Positions 48,560-62,055 are shown, counted from the whole stretch's first letter. The stretch is 63,226 nucleotides of DNA, filler included, from Asterionella formosa (GCA_002256025.1; 8 parts of 8 records of this genome joined end to end with filler, not necessarily neighbours in it), one strand, 5' to 3'. The notes: generated by a model not told the origin, from the letters alone. Program-made: numbers and translations.

Positions 48560-51500
48560 ATGAGTATGCTCCGCCCTTTGATCCGCACCTCGGCAACGAA
48601 GGCCACTCTTGCCTTGCAGAGCGGCAGCCGTGTGGCTGCTCGCTCTATGGCCACACGCAGTGGAGATGACGCCCGCAAGTCAACTGCTGTCGCTCGTTTA
48701 CATCTTGAAGACGGAACAACGCTTACTGGGACTTCCTTTGGTTGTCATGAAAGTGTGGAAGGAGAGGTAAGCGCAGCTTTCTTTGGTCTGATAATCATTC
48801 ACGCAACACAATTAATCTCGACCGGCCATGTCGCTAACACAAGTGATATCCTCCACTTTATTCCTTAGGTGGTTTTCAGCACAGGTATGGTTGGCTACCC
48901 AGAGAGTTTAACTGATCCCTCATATCAAGGACAGGTGAGAACCTCAATGCACAACCACTAAACCCCGTGGAGTTATTGTTCTACTTTCGTCAGTTTTGCT
49001 CACACTTTATTTGCAGATCCTCACTTTGACGGCACCAATGGTCGGTAACTATGGAGCTCCATCTCGTACCGTTATTGACGAATATGGCCTTCCAGCCCAT
49101 TTCGAATCGGACAAGATCCACGCAACCGGTCTTTTGGTGCAGAACTACTCCCATCATTACTCTCATTGGCAAGCAGAATCAAGCTTGGGAGATTGGCTCA
49201 AGGAGCAAGGAGTTCCTGGCCTTTGTGATGTTGACACCCGTATGCTTACCAAGAAGATCAGAAATAAGGGTGTTATGCTTGGACGTATTGAGGTTGATCT
49301 CAATGCCCCTGCCCCTGATTTCGAAAAGATGGCCAGCCCGAATGCGCGTCACTTGGTTGATGAAGTCAGTACTAAGGAGGTCAAGGTTTACGGAAAAGGT
49401 AACCCCGTCAAGGTCATTGCTGTAGACTGTGGCATGAAGTTCAATATCATCCGACAATTGGTCAAGCGCGGGGCGGAATTAACGGTTGTTCCGTGGGATT
49501 ACCCATTTGCTTCCGAGATGCATAAATATGATGGTTTGTTCCTTTCGAACGGTCCTGGAGACCCGACAATGTGCGTTTCCACTATCAAGGAGCTTGAGAA
49601 GGTCGTCTCATGCCCCGATGACCAAGTTAAGCCAATTTTTGGTATTTGTTTGGGAAATCAGCTTATGGGCTTGGCCGCTGGCGGGAAAGGCGAGAAGCTT
49701 AAATTCGGAAACCGTGGCCAGAACCAGCCTGTGATTAATCATCAAACTGGCGAGTGGTAAGTTTCCTTTGTTAATTTCCTCAGCTGAACTATTCATGTTT
49801 ATTGCTCGCTCACAGCATTCATAAAGTTATATTACCCCCCAAAATCACGGTTTCGTAATCAATACCGAGACCCTCAAACCAGGATGGAAGGTTCTCTTCA
49901 CAAACGCCAACGATGGAAGTAACGAGGGAATTGCACATGAGACTCGTCCTTATTTCACGGCTCAGTTTCACCCCGAAGCTGCATGTGGACCAAGTGATAC
50001 CGAGTTCATGTTTGATACCTTCCTTGATGCTTGCCAGAAGCCGCCCAATACGAAGATTACATTCCCTGTGCGCAAACCAGCTCCTCCTCGCACGTCTGTT
50101 AAGAAGGTCCTTCTCCTCGGAAGTGGAGGTACCTCCATCGGGCAAGCAGGAGAGTTCGACTATTCTGGTGGTCAGGCCATTAAGGCATTGAAGGAAGAAG
50201 GCATGGAGGTCGTCTTAATGAACCCAAACATTGCGTCTGTCCAGACCAACATGGACGACAAGTCGAAAAGCAAAGCAGATCATGTATTTTTTCTCCCTGT
50301 GACCCCAGACTTTGTCGAAGAGATTATCAAGAAGGAAAAACCTGATGGAATCGTTGTTTCCATGGGAGGGCAAACTGCTCTTAATTGCGCAATTGAGCTT
50401 TACAGAAGTGGTGTTTTTGAGAAGTACGGAGTCGAGGTACTTGGAACCCCTATCTCTGTCGTTATTGAAACCGAGGATCGTCAATTGTTTTCTGATAAGC
50501 TTCATGAAATCAACGAAAAGATTGCCGAATCCTTCGCTGTGCATACTGTCGAAGACGCCGTTGAGGCTGCGAAGACGATTGGATTCCCACTTATGATCCG
50601 ATCTGCTTTTGCGTTGGGAGGACTCGGAAGTGGAATTTGCGATGACGAGCCAATGCTTCGCGACATGGCCAGAAAGGCGCTGTCGTTGTCTGAACAAATT
50701 CTTGTGGAGAAGAGTATGAAGGGTTGGAAGGAAGTCGAGTACGAAGTCGTCAGAGACTCTCACGACAACTGCGTTACAGTGTGCAACATGGAGAACTTTG
50801 ATCCTCTTGGTATTCACACTGGTGACAGTATTGTTATGGCCCCGTCACAGACTCTTTCCAACCAAGAGTACCACATGCTTCGTGATACTGCCATCAAAGT
50901 TGTTCGCCACCTTGGTATCATCGGAGAATGCAACATCCAGTACGCACTTAACCCTGAATCACTTGAGTACTGTATTATTGAGGTCAATGCCCGTTTGTCG
51001 CGATCATCAGCTCTTGCTTCAAAGGCAACTGGATACCCTCTTGCTTTCGTTGCTGCCAAGCTTTGTTGTGGACTCCCCTTGACGGACGTGATCAATGCTG
51101 TTACTAAAAAGACTCAAGCGTGCTTTGAACCCAGTTTGGACTACATTGTGACTAAGGTTCCAAGATGGGACATGGCTAAGTTCCAGGGTGTCAGCAAGGA
51201 AATCGGATCTGCGATGAAGAGTGTCGGCGAAGTTATGGGAATTGGACGTACTTTAGAAGAATCCATTCAAAAGGCACTTCGAATGGTTGACCCATCCGTA
51301 CCTGGATTCGGTCCTAAGGGGCGCTTCGAATCCATGGAAGATCTGAAGAAGGAACTCTTTGTCCCTACCGATCGTCGTGTTTTTGCTATCGCGCAAGCCC
51401 TTCATGAAAAGACTATGACTGTTACCGAGATTCATGACATCACAAAGATTGACTACTGGTTCCTTCGCCGTCTCGAGGACATTGTTAAGACATGGGACAA

Positions 51501-53455
51501 GGTGGAAGGATACAATGTCACTAGCATGCCTGACGATGTAATGATGGAGGCCAAGAAGATGGGCTTCTCCGATGTACAAATCGCTGACTGTCTGCAGGGC
51601 AACCCCAGTGAAGACGATGTTAGAGCAAAGCGTGTTAAGGCTGGCATCATTCCCTACACAAAGCAAATCGATACCCTCGCCGCTGAATACCCAGCTGATA
51701 CAAACTATCTCTACATGACCTACAACGGATCTGAAGATGACATCGGTTCTTCAAATGGTGGTATCATCGTTCTTGGAAGTGGTTGTTACAGAATTGGATC
51801 GTCCATCGAGTTTGATTGGTGTGGTGTTTCTTGCATTCGCGCTCTTCGTGAGATGGGATACAAGTCCACCATGATTAATTACAACCCAGAAACCGTGTCA
51901 ACTGATTACGATGAATGCGATCGCATGTATTTCGAGGAGCTGAGTCGTGAGCGAGTTCTTGACATCTACCAGAAAGACAGCGCAGATGGTGTCATTATCA
52001 GCGTTGGAGGTCAAATCCCTAATGGACTTGCCCTCCCCCTTGATAAGGCTGGAGTCAAGATTCTTGGAACATCTGCCAAATCCATCGATAATGCTGAAGA
52101 TCGCATGAAGTTCTCTGATATGATTGATGGAATTGGAGTCCAACAGCCTCGCTGGAGAGAACTCACAAGTGTCGACAGCGCCATGGACTTCGCCAGCAAC
52201 GTTGGATACCCTGGTAAGTGGCTGTGTAGTGTGCTTTCGTCCCCCATTGTTTAGGTAATTGCCTTAGCTAACAATTGCAATTATTACAGTCCTCGTCCGT
52301 CCTTCGTATGTTCTCAGTGGTGCTGCGATGAATGTTGCATGGTCCGATGAGCAACTTCGTGCTTGCTTGGCCGAAGCCGCAACTGTCTCGAAGGAACACC
52401 CGGTTGTTATCTCTGATTTCATTGAAGGTGCTGTGGAGATTGAAATGGATGGTGTTTGTAAGGATGGGGAAATCATTGGTGCTGCCATTCATGAGCATAT
52501 TGAAAACGCAGGTGTCCACTCTGGGGATGCCACGCTCGTGCTTCCTTCCCAAACGCTTTCCGCCTACACCAAGGAGCGCGTCCGTGATGCGTCCCGAAAG
52601 ATCGTCAAGAAACTCAACCTTACCGGACCCGTCAACATTCAGTTTGTCGCCAAGGGTACTGATGTGATGTGTATCGAAACCAACGTCCGCGCCTCTCGAT
52701 CATTCCCATTTGTTTCCAAGACTATGGGTGTTGATTTCATCGAAGCCGCAACCAGAGCTATTGTCGGTCAGCCCACAGCACACATGAATCTACCAACTCT
52801 TGACACTACCGATCGTCCGAAGGGATTCGTTGGTGTTAAGGCCCCAATGTTCTCATTCACTCGTCTGCGTGGAGCAGATCCAGTTCTTGGTGTTGAAATG
52901 GCTTCCACTGGCGAAGTTGCTTGCTTTGGTGCGAATATGGAGGAGGCTTACTTGAAGGCCCTCCTTTCTACTGGATTCAAGATGCCAGATAAGTCTATCC
53001 TTATTTCCGCTCAAGCTTCCGTGCAAGAAGAGTTGACGCATAGTATTTATCAACTTCATGAACTCGGGTACACAATTTACGCTACAAAAGCAACTGCTGA
53101 CATTTTGGAGAAGAACAGAGTCCCTTGCAAAATTGTCAATTATCCCACCGAAGAAGACCAAGTCTCGGATGTTCCAAACGCATTGGATTTGATTCGCAAG
53201 GGCGAAATTGGCCTTGTCATCAACATCCCCACTCACAAGTCAACGAGACTCGAGGACAACTTCTTGATGCGCCGAACATCAGTCGATTTCGGTGTTCCCC
53301 TCCTCACTAACATGAATCTTGTCAAGATTTTCGCTAATGCTGTCTACGCGCATAAGGAGGATAAGCTGGTTGGTCTTGAACCAGCTTCTCTCTTCGAGCA
53401 TTATGCGAAGGAAAGTGATGCCGATGCCTGGACCAGTCCTACTGAATTCCATTAG
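48560..53455 (+). CDS. Carbamoyl-phosphate synthetase, fused small+large subunit, mitochondrial urea-cycle type; 5 exons
   Basis: Introns 48767-48868, 48935-49016, 49757-49826 and 52214-52289. Motifs [61 protein letters not shown] and a C-terminal MGS-like domain. Arg/Ser/Ala-rich presequence; no DHO/ATC fusion. Confidence 0.96.
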
Positions 53456-53727
53456 AACCTCATGACAGGTGCTGCAACAGGTACATAAGAAATACACTAT
53501 CGCTGCCACTGCGTGAGAGCTGGCGAATACCTAGAAGGAACTCTAAATAAATAACTTAGAACGATATATATATATATTATATTGGAAATAGATAATTGCT
53601 CAAGGTTAAAAATAATTATGAATGGGATACCGGTACCACCAAGAGAAGGTATTGACTATATGATTGTAGATTACGCCTCTCCAGAGTGTGTTACTAAACA
53701 TTAAAAGAACACCCTAATTTTGCTTTT

Positions 53728-55563
53728 TCAATCAAATCCAATTGCTTCCAAAAAAGCAACAACAGCTATCGAGATGGGGAACATGGCCATGATGATCAAG
53801 GCATCTCTTGCTGTCATGGTCTTCTTTCGCACCATGATAGCGATGATAAATTGGACCAACACAATGACCACAGTTTCGGCAGTGTACTGCCAGGCTAACC
53901 CACGAAAGTAAATGAGAGCCATAAAGATAGACAGACAGAACGTGTTGTTCATGCAAGCAGCACCTTCCAAGGCCGACAATGAAACCGTAATAGTCTTGCG
54001 AGTCTTCTTGGCAGCGTAGTACTGAGAAGCCAGGACCTCAGAAGCATTGGATGCCAGCGGAGCCAAAATAAAAGCTACATAAAATGGGGAAAGACCAATA
54101 CGTATGGCGATTTCTTGCATGACATCGACCATTGGATCACTGAAAAGGATCACCAAAAAAGTTCCAATGGTGAGCATTGTAAATGCACGAGTCTTGATGG
54201 CAGCTTGTTGCGCATCGGGGCTGAGGTCGGTAAATTCCTCTGGCACATCCTCAGCTTCTTCATCATCTTCAAACATAGTCTCAGCAATCTCGGAATGAGC
54301 AGCATCCGTGGGTTCGCGGTGAACCTCAGGAGCAGCTTCCACCTTCGATTTATCCTGTTGCACGATGAAAGTATAACAAGCGCCAATGAATTCCTCGAAA
54401 GAAACAACCTCATCGTCATCGGTATCAAATTCAGCAAAAAGTGCATCCATTTCATCGTCCCCAATATCCTCGTGAAAATCTCTGAAGAACGTTTTAACCT
54501 CTTTCTTGTCCAATGAACCATCATGGTTCACGTCGTACTTCATGAAAGCCTCACGCAAGACCTCTTTCAAGTATGATGCAACTTCCTCATCGGGGTACTT
54601 GTTGTCCTTGTTGATAGCCTCATATCCCTGCCCGCCATCCGTGAATGGATGTACTTCTTTGGATTGGACGGTAGCACGTAGCGCTCCAGAAAGAGAGACC
54701 TGTCCTTCCTGCAACAACTTTTTAACAACAGCAATACGCTTACCTCTGTCCATCCCCTTTTGGGATATTTGCAGCTGCAGGTAGAGGTAGCTCAAGAAAC
54801 CGACCAAGCAAACAACCAATCCAGACAAGGCCCAGTAATGCTCTCCTTTTGCAACTTCTTCCGTTGGCCCATGAAGGAAAAGTGCAGGAATCTGAATGAG
54901 AAAGTATGGGATTGTAGTGATAACCATAATGACACCACCGTGCGAAACTGTGTCGGATATGGAGACACCCGTTTTCGTTAGTTCTCCATGAAGGCTTCCT
55001 TTCTTGGTGAGTTTAGGAGTGTTCCTGTAATCGGGAATTCCATCATCATCGATATTGACGCGCCCTCCGAAAACAGAAAGGCCCCAAGGGACAGTCAAAA
55101 GCATGATTGTTGATCCAGCTAGGGCACCGACACCGACACTCAGAGTCTCTTGGGCCTGCGAAATGTCCCCCAGCCCGGAAAATAACATAATTGCTCCATC
55201 AGGTACTGCACCAAGTAAAGGAAGGACAACACCGCCGACTAATCCAGCCATGGAAGGGACGAGGAGCAAAAGATCCGATCCTTCACTGATCAAGTTCGAC
55301 GCATAGTAGAGCACATAACCATAGGACAAAAATAGCCAAATGAGGCCGGTAGTCCCGACTTCGCTGGCTTCCTAAGTAGAAGAGATGAGGTGAAGGAGTG
55401 ATTGGTCAGATGAGATGAGCAGATACTTGATGGCGTAAGATTCGGCGTACGAAGTATCAATGGACATCTCACGGAAGATTCGCCAACGATGTGGTTGGCC
55501 TAGCTCCAGTCTTCAGGCAATATTGACCCACATCACGGTGCTTACAATGTCAGGCATGGACAT
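53728..55563 (-). CDS. EF-hand-containing Na+/Ca2+ exchanger (NCL/EFCAX type)
   Basis: Alpha-repeats LPLLGAVPDG...GALAGST and LAPLASNASE...MNNT flank two EF loops (DVNHDGSLDKKE, DTDDDEVVSFEE). A proposed 18-nt first exon (55563-55546) and intron 55545-55372 keep frame. Confidence 0.9.
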
Positions 55564-56202
55564 GACTGTCAAGTTTTTAAACACAGTCAAGACCAAAGAA
55601 ACTTGCAACCTTGTGGTGTTGCGTGTTATGTGCTGCTGACAGCAAGAAATATCCTCTCATCGGAAGCAGGAATTGCCGAAAATGTACTAGGAGTATCATA
55701 CCGGTATACCACAGTGTGAAATATAGAACAGCCTGCACACACCGGAGGAAGTCAATAGAAAATTACAGCAATCCTTTCGTACTCCATCCTACATACCGGT
55801 ATGTTAAATACTGTACATATTATTTTCTGACATGTGCCAATATCTTCCCTTTACGTGAAATGTACCTGGCCCCCGTACCAGTCACTGAGGTAACTGGTAC
55901 CAGGTACAGTAAAGTTCAGAGTTGCGACAATGCGACAACATAAGTCATTCAGACGCAAATCAAACCGGTACCGGTATATTGCCAGAATCATGCATACCTT
56001 GTGATATTATTTTGGATATACCGGTATGATATACAGAACAAATTCACAGGCGCTGTCATCAGGAAGGTGCGATAATTGCGCCATCAGCGCGCTTTTTTGG
56101 TTTCAGCCCGCCTGAAGGGCTTTGCAAGTACGACTAACCGTTGGAGTCGGCTGGCTTCCTATCCATGTTCGTCTTTTAAAGTAAATTTAAATTATAACTG
56201 TC

Positions 56203-56953
56203 GAAGTTACTTCGACTCAATTACTGACTCATCCAACTGCCTTTTTTGCAAATATTCCTTTGTTCCTCTTTTGATCCTTTTTTTTGAGGTTGATTTGTTG
56301 CGCCGACTAATCTAGACTCATAGTTGGTTTTATGAATTTGGTTCTAAGTAGCTTGGGTAGTTCCTTTCCTCCGGGTTTCCCATTGCTGCAGTCGAGTTTT
56401 GCACATTAGCTGTGGGTGGGACTTCGGGTGGGTGAATTTTTATCTAAAGACTATAAATTTGCAAGGCTTGGTGATCAACGATTTGCTTTTGTCGAAAGCT
56501 AATTTGCGGAATTGTGAGCTTTCTGCCTTGAACCCTTTGCATGGTTGTTCTCTGGCAGATTGACTCTTCATGTCGCTTGCTTGCTTTTGAACTTCATCTT
56601 CAATTTTTGCTAGGTATTTTTTAATTGGCTCCCATGGTTGCTCAATTTTCCTCAGCCTACCTGTATTCCGATCTCTCCTGTTTTTCTGCGGTTTCAATGC
56701 GCGCCTTGTTCACATCCCCTGTTTCCTTTGTCTATAATACTAATGAAGTTACTTCGACTCAATTACCAACTCATCCGACTGCTTTTTTTGCAAATGTTCC
56801 TTTGTTACTCTTTTGATTCTTTTCTTTTGAGGTTGATTTGTTGCACCAACTAATCTAGACTCATAGTTGGTTTTTTGAATTTGGTTTTAAGTAGCTTGGG
56901 TAGTTCCTTTCCTCTGGGTTTCCCATAGCTGCAGTCGAGTTTTGCACATTAGC
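56203..56953. repeat. Split direct repeat, ~208 bp x2 (56203-56410 and 56745-56953)
   Basis: Both copies run GAAGTTACTTCGACTCAATTAC...GAGTTTTGCACATTAGC, separated by a 334-bp spacer. Confidence 0.92.
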
Positions 56954-59900
56954 CAACCAATTTCTCTCTCTAGCTATGGCTTGTTTCCTTGTGGAATATG
57001 GGGCCATGGCATGTGCTTCTCGCCCTGCCATTGTCGATTGAGAAGTAAATGCTGGGAGGGTTATTGCCAGCTGGTCGGGTGGGTGAAAGAAGTTTGGGAT
57101 GGTGATCATCTGTTGGCTCACCGACTTTGTAAATTCTGCCACCTGTTTTCGCACGTAAGTGAGAAAAGCGTCGGATTTCCATCGCCCAATGAGCATGACC
57201 ATGTAATTTGGTACACCGGACAAAATCATGGCCATTGCGGCGGCGCTGCGGATGGAATGGAGACCAATGGCCTTGGGTTTGTGGCCCAGTTTGGTGGCCC
57301 CTAAGTCCTGGGCTTTTTGTCGGACCGGACCGAGTGCCGTCTCAGCGGTCAGCGTGTAGAGGACCCCAGCCGACAGATAGGTGTTTATGATGGTGTTTGG
57401 GCTGGTACCCATGAGTTCCCAGAGGCGGTTGATGATTGTCGCTCCTTGTTTGACTGGGCAAATGATGATGTCTTTGGTGTGGCTGAGCGTGATCGTCTCA
57501 TTCTTCTCTCCGTTTTATTGATCCCGGAAAGTGATGCAATGATGTCGGCCTGGTGGAGGCGATGTCAATGACCGGCAATCTCGGTGTTATCCTGAAAGAA
57601 ACGCAAGTCTTGAATCCGAAGTTGATTTGTGTGGTGGTCACCTTTCACGGTAAGGTATTCGCATGATGATCGCATGGCGAAGAAGAAAGCGAGGATTAAG
57701 AGCGGACCCAAAGTGCGATCCACTGGTGTTGACGTGTTGGGATGTATCTGTAAATAAAGTCAATGGTCAGCGCCTGTTGGTGTTTAACGGCTGGGTCGGC
57801 TCTTTTGTAGGCTGTGAATTGGAGGCGTAAAATGCGGTGAGTTTTTCCCTGTTGGTTTGTAGCTGGGTCGGCGCGGTCATGTTCAATAAAGGTCGCCGAT
57901 AGAGATGCGACTGTGTCACGGACAGTTGCTGACGCCAGTGGGCGAGTTCTGTGTCCATTGAACTCGGCTTGCCATATGGCGTGTGCGAAGGCGCCGAAAA
58001 TAAGTGTTCGTTGGTCAGGGGACAGTGTATCCAGGAAGACGTCTTGGGGGGCGCCGAAACCGATTGAGTGCCGAAATTCTTGCCAGAGTCGGAAAGCTCG
58101 AGTGAGCTTCGCTTTGGTCTGAGTTTGTAGTCCGGTGGAACGCACCCTCTCCGCAGCCAGCAGGAGATAAGTTGCAAGTTGATTGCGTGCAGTAGGGGGT
58201 AGATGTTGAAATTCGGGGGCAGCTGATTTATTGCGAAAGTGCGGAGGAGATGAGTTAGTGGTTCGGGTGAAAGATGGTGGTCGCAGGACAGCGAGTCGGC
58301 CACAACATTATCCTTGCCTGGGATCCATTGGCTATAGTTGCACGCCTTTGACCATAAAAGTATGGTGGCCAGCCACCGTGATACATCGAGATGGATTGCT
58401 TTTTCCGTGCCTTGAAAACGGGCGCCCCCTCGATGCAGCCAGTAGTCGGCCATGGAGTTGTCCAGCTGGGAAAGGAGACAAGCTTTGGGTCGGATCTGGT
58501 TTGCCTCGACTTCTACTATGATCATGGTCACGGAGGCTAGATATTCAAAGAGGTTTAGAGATAGGCCACCTCGATATTGTGGAGGGATCTCGAATCGCCA
58601 GGCTTGTCCAGAGGTCAGAGAATAACCGCCCAAGCCATATGGGCAGGCGTCTGCTCGAAGGATCACTGTTGGTACTCAGAGGGTCAGAAGGTTTAGGCTT
58701 ATGCCCCACCTGGCCACCTTCAGGAATTGCAGCCATTGACGGAGTTCTTCGCGGGGCAATTAGGTGATGGTTATTTTTGACTTGCGGTGATGAGCCTGTT
58801 GTTCGGCTTGGCGAAGGTGACTCAGAAAAGCCCGTGCTGTGGGGATGACATAGGAGGCATGATTTAGGCGACCGATGGTCGTGGCCAGTTGATCAACAGT
58901 GACCATTGGGGTTTGAAGGAGGGTGTGAATGTCCGCTGTCCAACTAGACAGTTTTTCCGCAGTGAGCCGAAGACAGAGGGTGTGGCTATTGATTTCCCAG
59001 CCTAGTACGACTTTGGTTTCTTCGGGTGAGCCTTCAGCTAAAGTTTTTTCGAAGGAGAGCATGTCATCTCTGATCAGGGGCTCATTTGATAGGAGTGGTC
59101 AGCCGAATAGATGTAATACTAATAGCGCAACCCTGGACCCTTGCCAGATTTGTCTCAGCTGATCAAGGAAGCATGAAAATAGGTCGTCCAGGTAGCATTC
59201 TGTGAATGGGGCTGTGTCGGACTGTGGTCGGACTGTTGTGGGCCAAGCTTGACCTAGGTTGACCTTGTTCGGAAGATAGACTGGTTGCTGAATGTATCGG
59301 GTTTGGTGAGGAGACTCGAATGTTGGGCTGTCTTCGGCATTCCACAAATTGGACCGGGATAACATGTTGCAGGTGTCGCAGGCTAGTTCGGAAACATCAC
59401 TCCAGATGCTGGGGTTTGGTGATCCGCCAAATGTCATACGGAGGGCTACGAGGGCCATATCCTCAATTAAGACAACTGCTTGTGCGGCTGTGTCACTCAT
59501 GATGTGTAGTCACCGGTAGGCGGCCTTGAAATCTAGCTTAGTCATGAGAATTTGTGTGGTGGGGTGGGCTTGTTTCCGAACATCCACTACATAGTGTATG
59601 AACCTGCATAGTGCAGTACCATAGCGGCATGGAGTGAGGGAGTCCGGAATGACTCGACTGTTTACTGCTGTCCCAGTAGAGAATTCGAACGATTGGTTGT
59701 GTGTGAGCCGATGTTTAGGAACCATTTCGCCGCGTTCGTCAATCGTCAATTGTGTCACTAGGCCCATTGGTGCGATGACCGCATGGGGTAGTAAGTGTAT
59801 TTTGTCCGGTGGGAGGGGGAGCTGCCAGCCTCGCACGATCTCCTTAAGTAGGAGGTTTTTTACTTTTGGCATGTTTCTCTTTGCCTACTATGCGTGATTG

Positions 59901-61638
59901 CCGCAGGCCACCACGAGTGCGAGATCATGGGTACATTGGATCTCAGGGAGTGGTTGTAGAGGGAATTGTACTCCATGGGTGAGCCAGCGACAGAAGCGTG
60001 GCCAGAGTGGGTGGTCCTGTATGAACGGCCTGAGTAGGTCTATAGACCGGTATTTGGGAATGAGCCTATGCGTGGGGCTGTGCTGTGGTTGGCGGGGGGA
60101 CTTCTTCCTTCCTGGATGATTACGAGGACAAACGACAACAAGACTCACTCATTCTGTCAGATGCTGGTATCAGCGATTCTTTGTAACTTTTAATTTGTGG
60201 GTACGGTGTTGGAAAATCTGGTTTCGGTGTGAACGATGGAGGGGGGGGGGGGGGGTAAGGTGAAATGCGAATCTGTTTTTGGGCGATCTGGCAGGATGGG
60301 CGTGGTGGCGCACGAAAGAAAGTGGTGGCTGCGTGATGGTTTGGGAAAGGGGACGATGTCCATCGGAAGCAATGGTTGCGAAAGGGACGATCTATCTGGA
60401 AAGGTGATACCGCAGTAAACTGAAATTGTCCTGTTTAGAACTGTTATTTCGGCCATTCGGGATCGCCCTAGTCAATTGTTGTTCTGGTTGGGGTCAGTTG
60501 TCTCATGCTCCTGAATGGCAGCGTTGAAGAATTGCGCAAATTGCTTTTTCTGTTCGCCTTGTAACTGAATGTGTGTTGCCTTTCTGTCGCAGGTCTTGAC
60601 ACATATGCCCGATACCTGACAACGACAGCAGTTACTGACACCGTTGATCTTTGGTGCATTGCAAAGGGTGGCTGGGGGGAAAATGTCTCGGTAGAATTTT
60701 CCGGGGGGCAGGCAGAACATGGTTTCGGCCTTGGGATTTGAGATGGCGCGTCCTCATTTTGATCGGTTGGATGTGTGGCCCATGGATGTGTTGTAGTTGT
60801 TATGATCCTCCCGAGGTCTTTTGGATGAGGGGGTTGGAAAAAGGGCGGAGACCCGAGGGTGCAGAGGTGTTGTCATTGGGTTACACATAGCAATCTGCCG
60901 TTGTTGTTGGGCGAAATCGAGTAGATGGAAATCCATGTCTGCGATCTTTTTTGCATGGCTAGCGTTTCTCCAGAACGCTTGAATCATGTTGTCCATGATT
61001 GTTAATTGGTGTGCAAAAAATTTAGGGTCAAGTTCGTGGCAATGGCGATAGCTGGATCGATGAGTTTCAAGGTGCTGGAGCCAGGAACAAAGTCGATCGG
61101 TTTGTGTAGCAGCGGCCCAATACAAAAATCACCATTGCGATCATGTTTCAGATTGTTGTTTCAAAATCGTTTTTATTTTTTGCAACAATCGACAGTTTCT
61201 TGTCACTTAGCTGTTTCATTGTTTGTTCGAATCTTGTGCCATCACCGGAGGAATCAATTGTTGCATTAGCAATGATATCTTGGTCGGAAGATGCAACCAT
61301 GCTGTTGGATTCGGATAACAGCTTTAATAGGCTCCGTTGGGTCGTAGTTTAGTTGTAGTTGGCTGATGCATAAGGAAGTGAACGGGTCTAGACGTAGGTC
61401 CTGACATAATAACATGGAATGTAGGTATTCCGACATGTAGTGTTGTGCTGCAGAAGTGTTGGAGCTCAAACTTAGGAAAGTTGTGAGTGACTGGGTTGGT
61501 TCCAACACGGTATCGTCGTTGTGGGTGGCCATGAGGCAAAGGATCTGATCTTGAAGGAACTTAGGCTGACACTCCCATGCTTTGGTAGAACTTGATGCCG
61601 AGAGCGTCCGTGCATCCGCCAGGCGATCTGTAGTAATA
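56203..61638 (-). mobile_element. Degenerate tyrosine-recombinase retrotransposon (Ngaro-like)
   Basis: gag-like pieces at 60468-61532; RT (KHRLTHNQSF, KLDFKAAYR, LRMTFGG, YLDD, VLGWEIN); RNase H (DACPYGLGG, NLFEY, DNS, WIPGKDNVVADSLS); overlapping YR (HSIRSAAA...IGRWKSDAFLTY); 3' direct repeats. Confidence 0.9.
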
Positions 61639-61955
61639 CCGTATACTTCATTGTCCTGGACCCCCCAATGTACACTGCCGTGACTGAATTTGACTGATTT
61701 TACTTAAGGGGGGCCCAGGACAATGAAGAGATTTCCCTTATAATGGACCTAAGTAAATTTCTTTAGTTCTACAGGATAGCGCACATTTTTCTAAGATGTA
61801 TTAATATGACAATTATTTCCGTCTTGTGAAAAATGAGAGAGTTCTTCACCTCGCAAGAAAAACGCGACTTCATGTTGTTATCGGCGATCTCAATTTTCGT
61901 TGTCATTATTAGTGTTATTACTTTACTTCTTTTACGATTGTATTTTCCATGTCGT
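61639..61955. mobile_element. Second copy (left part) of the 30741-31361 MITE family, cut by contig end
   Basis: Starts TA|CCGTATACTTCATTGTCCTGGACCCCCC and is colinear with 30741-31050. Confidence 0.85.
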
Positions 61956-62055
61956 NNNNNNNNNNNNNNNNNNNNNNNNNNNNNNNNNNNNNNNNNNNNT
62001 TAATTAATTAANNNNNNNNNNNNNNNNNNNNNNNNNNNNNNNNNNNNNNNNNNNN

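Noticed and set aside
24386..55306. Numerous 60-220 aa ORFs antisense or out of frame to TOP2, MSH5, CA, PRP4, PHD, CPS and exchanger genes
   Set aside because: Shadow ORFs of real coding sequence with no independent motifs.
34894..55563. CA, CPS and Ca exchanger as a carbon/nitrogen gene cluster
   Set aside because: CA and CPS are on different contigs separated by artificial linkers, and CPS-exchanger adjacency alone shows no functional link.
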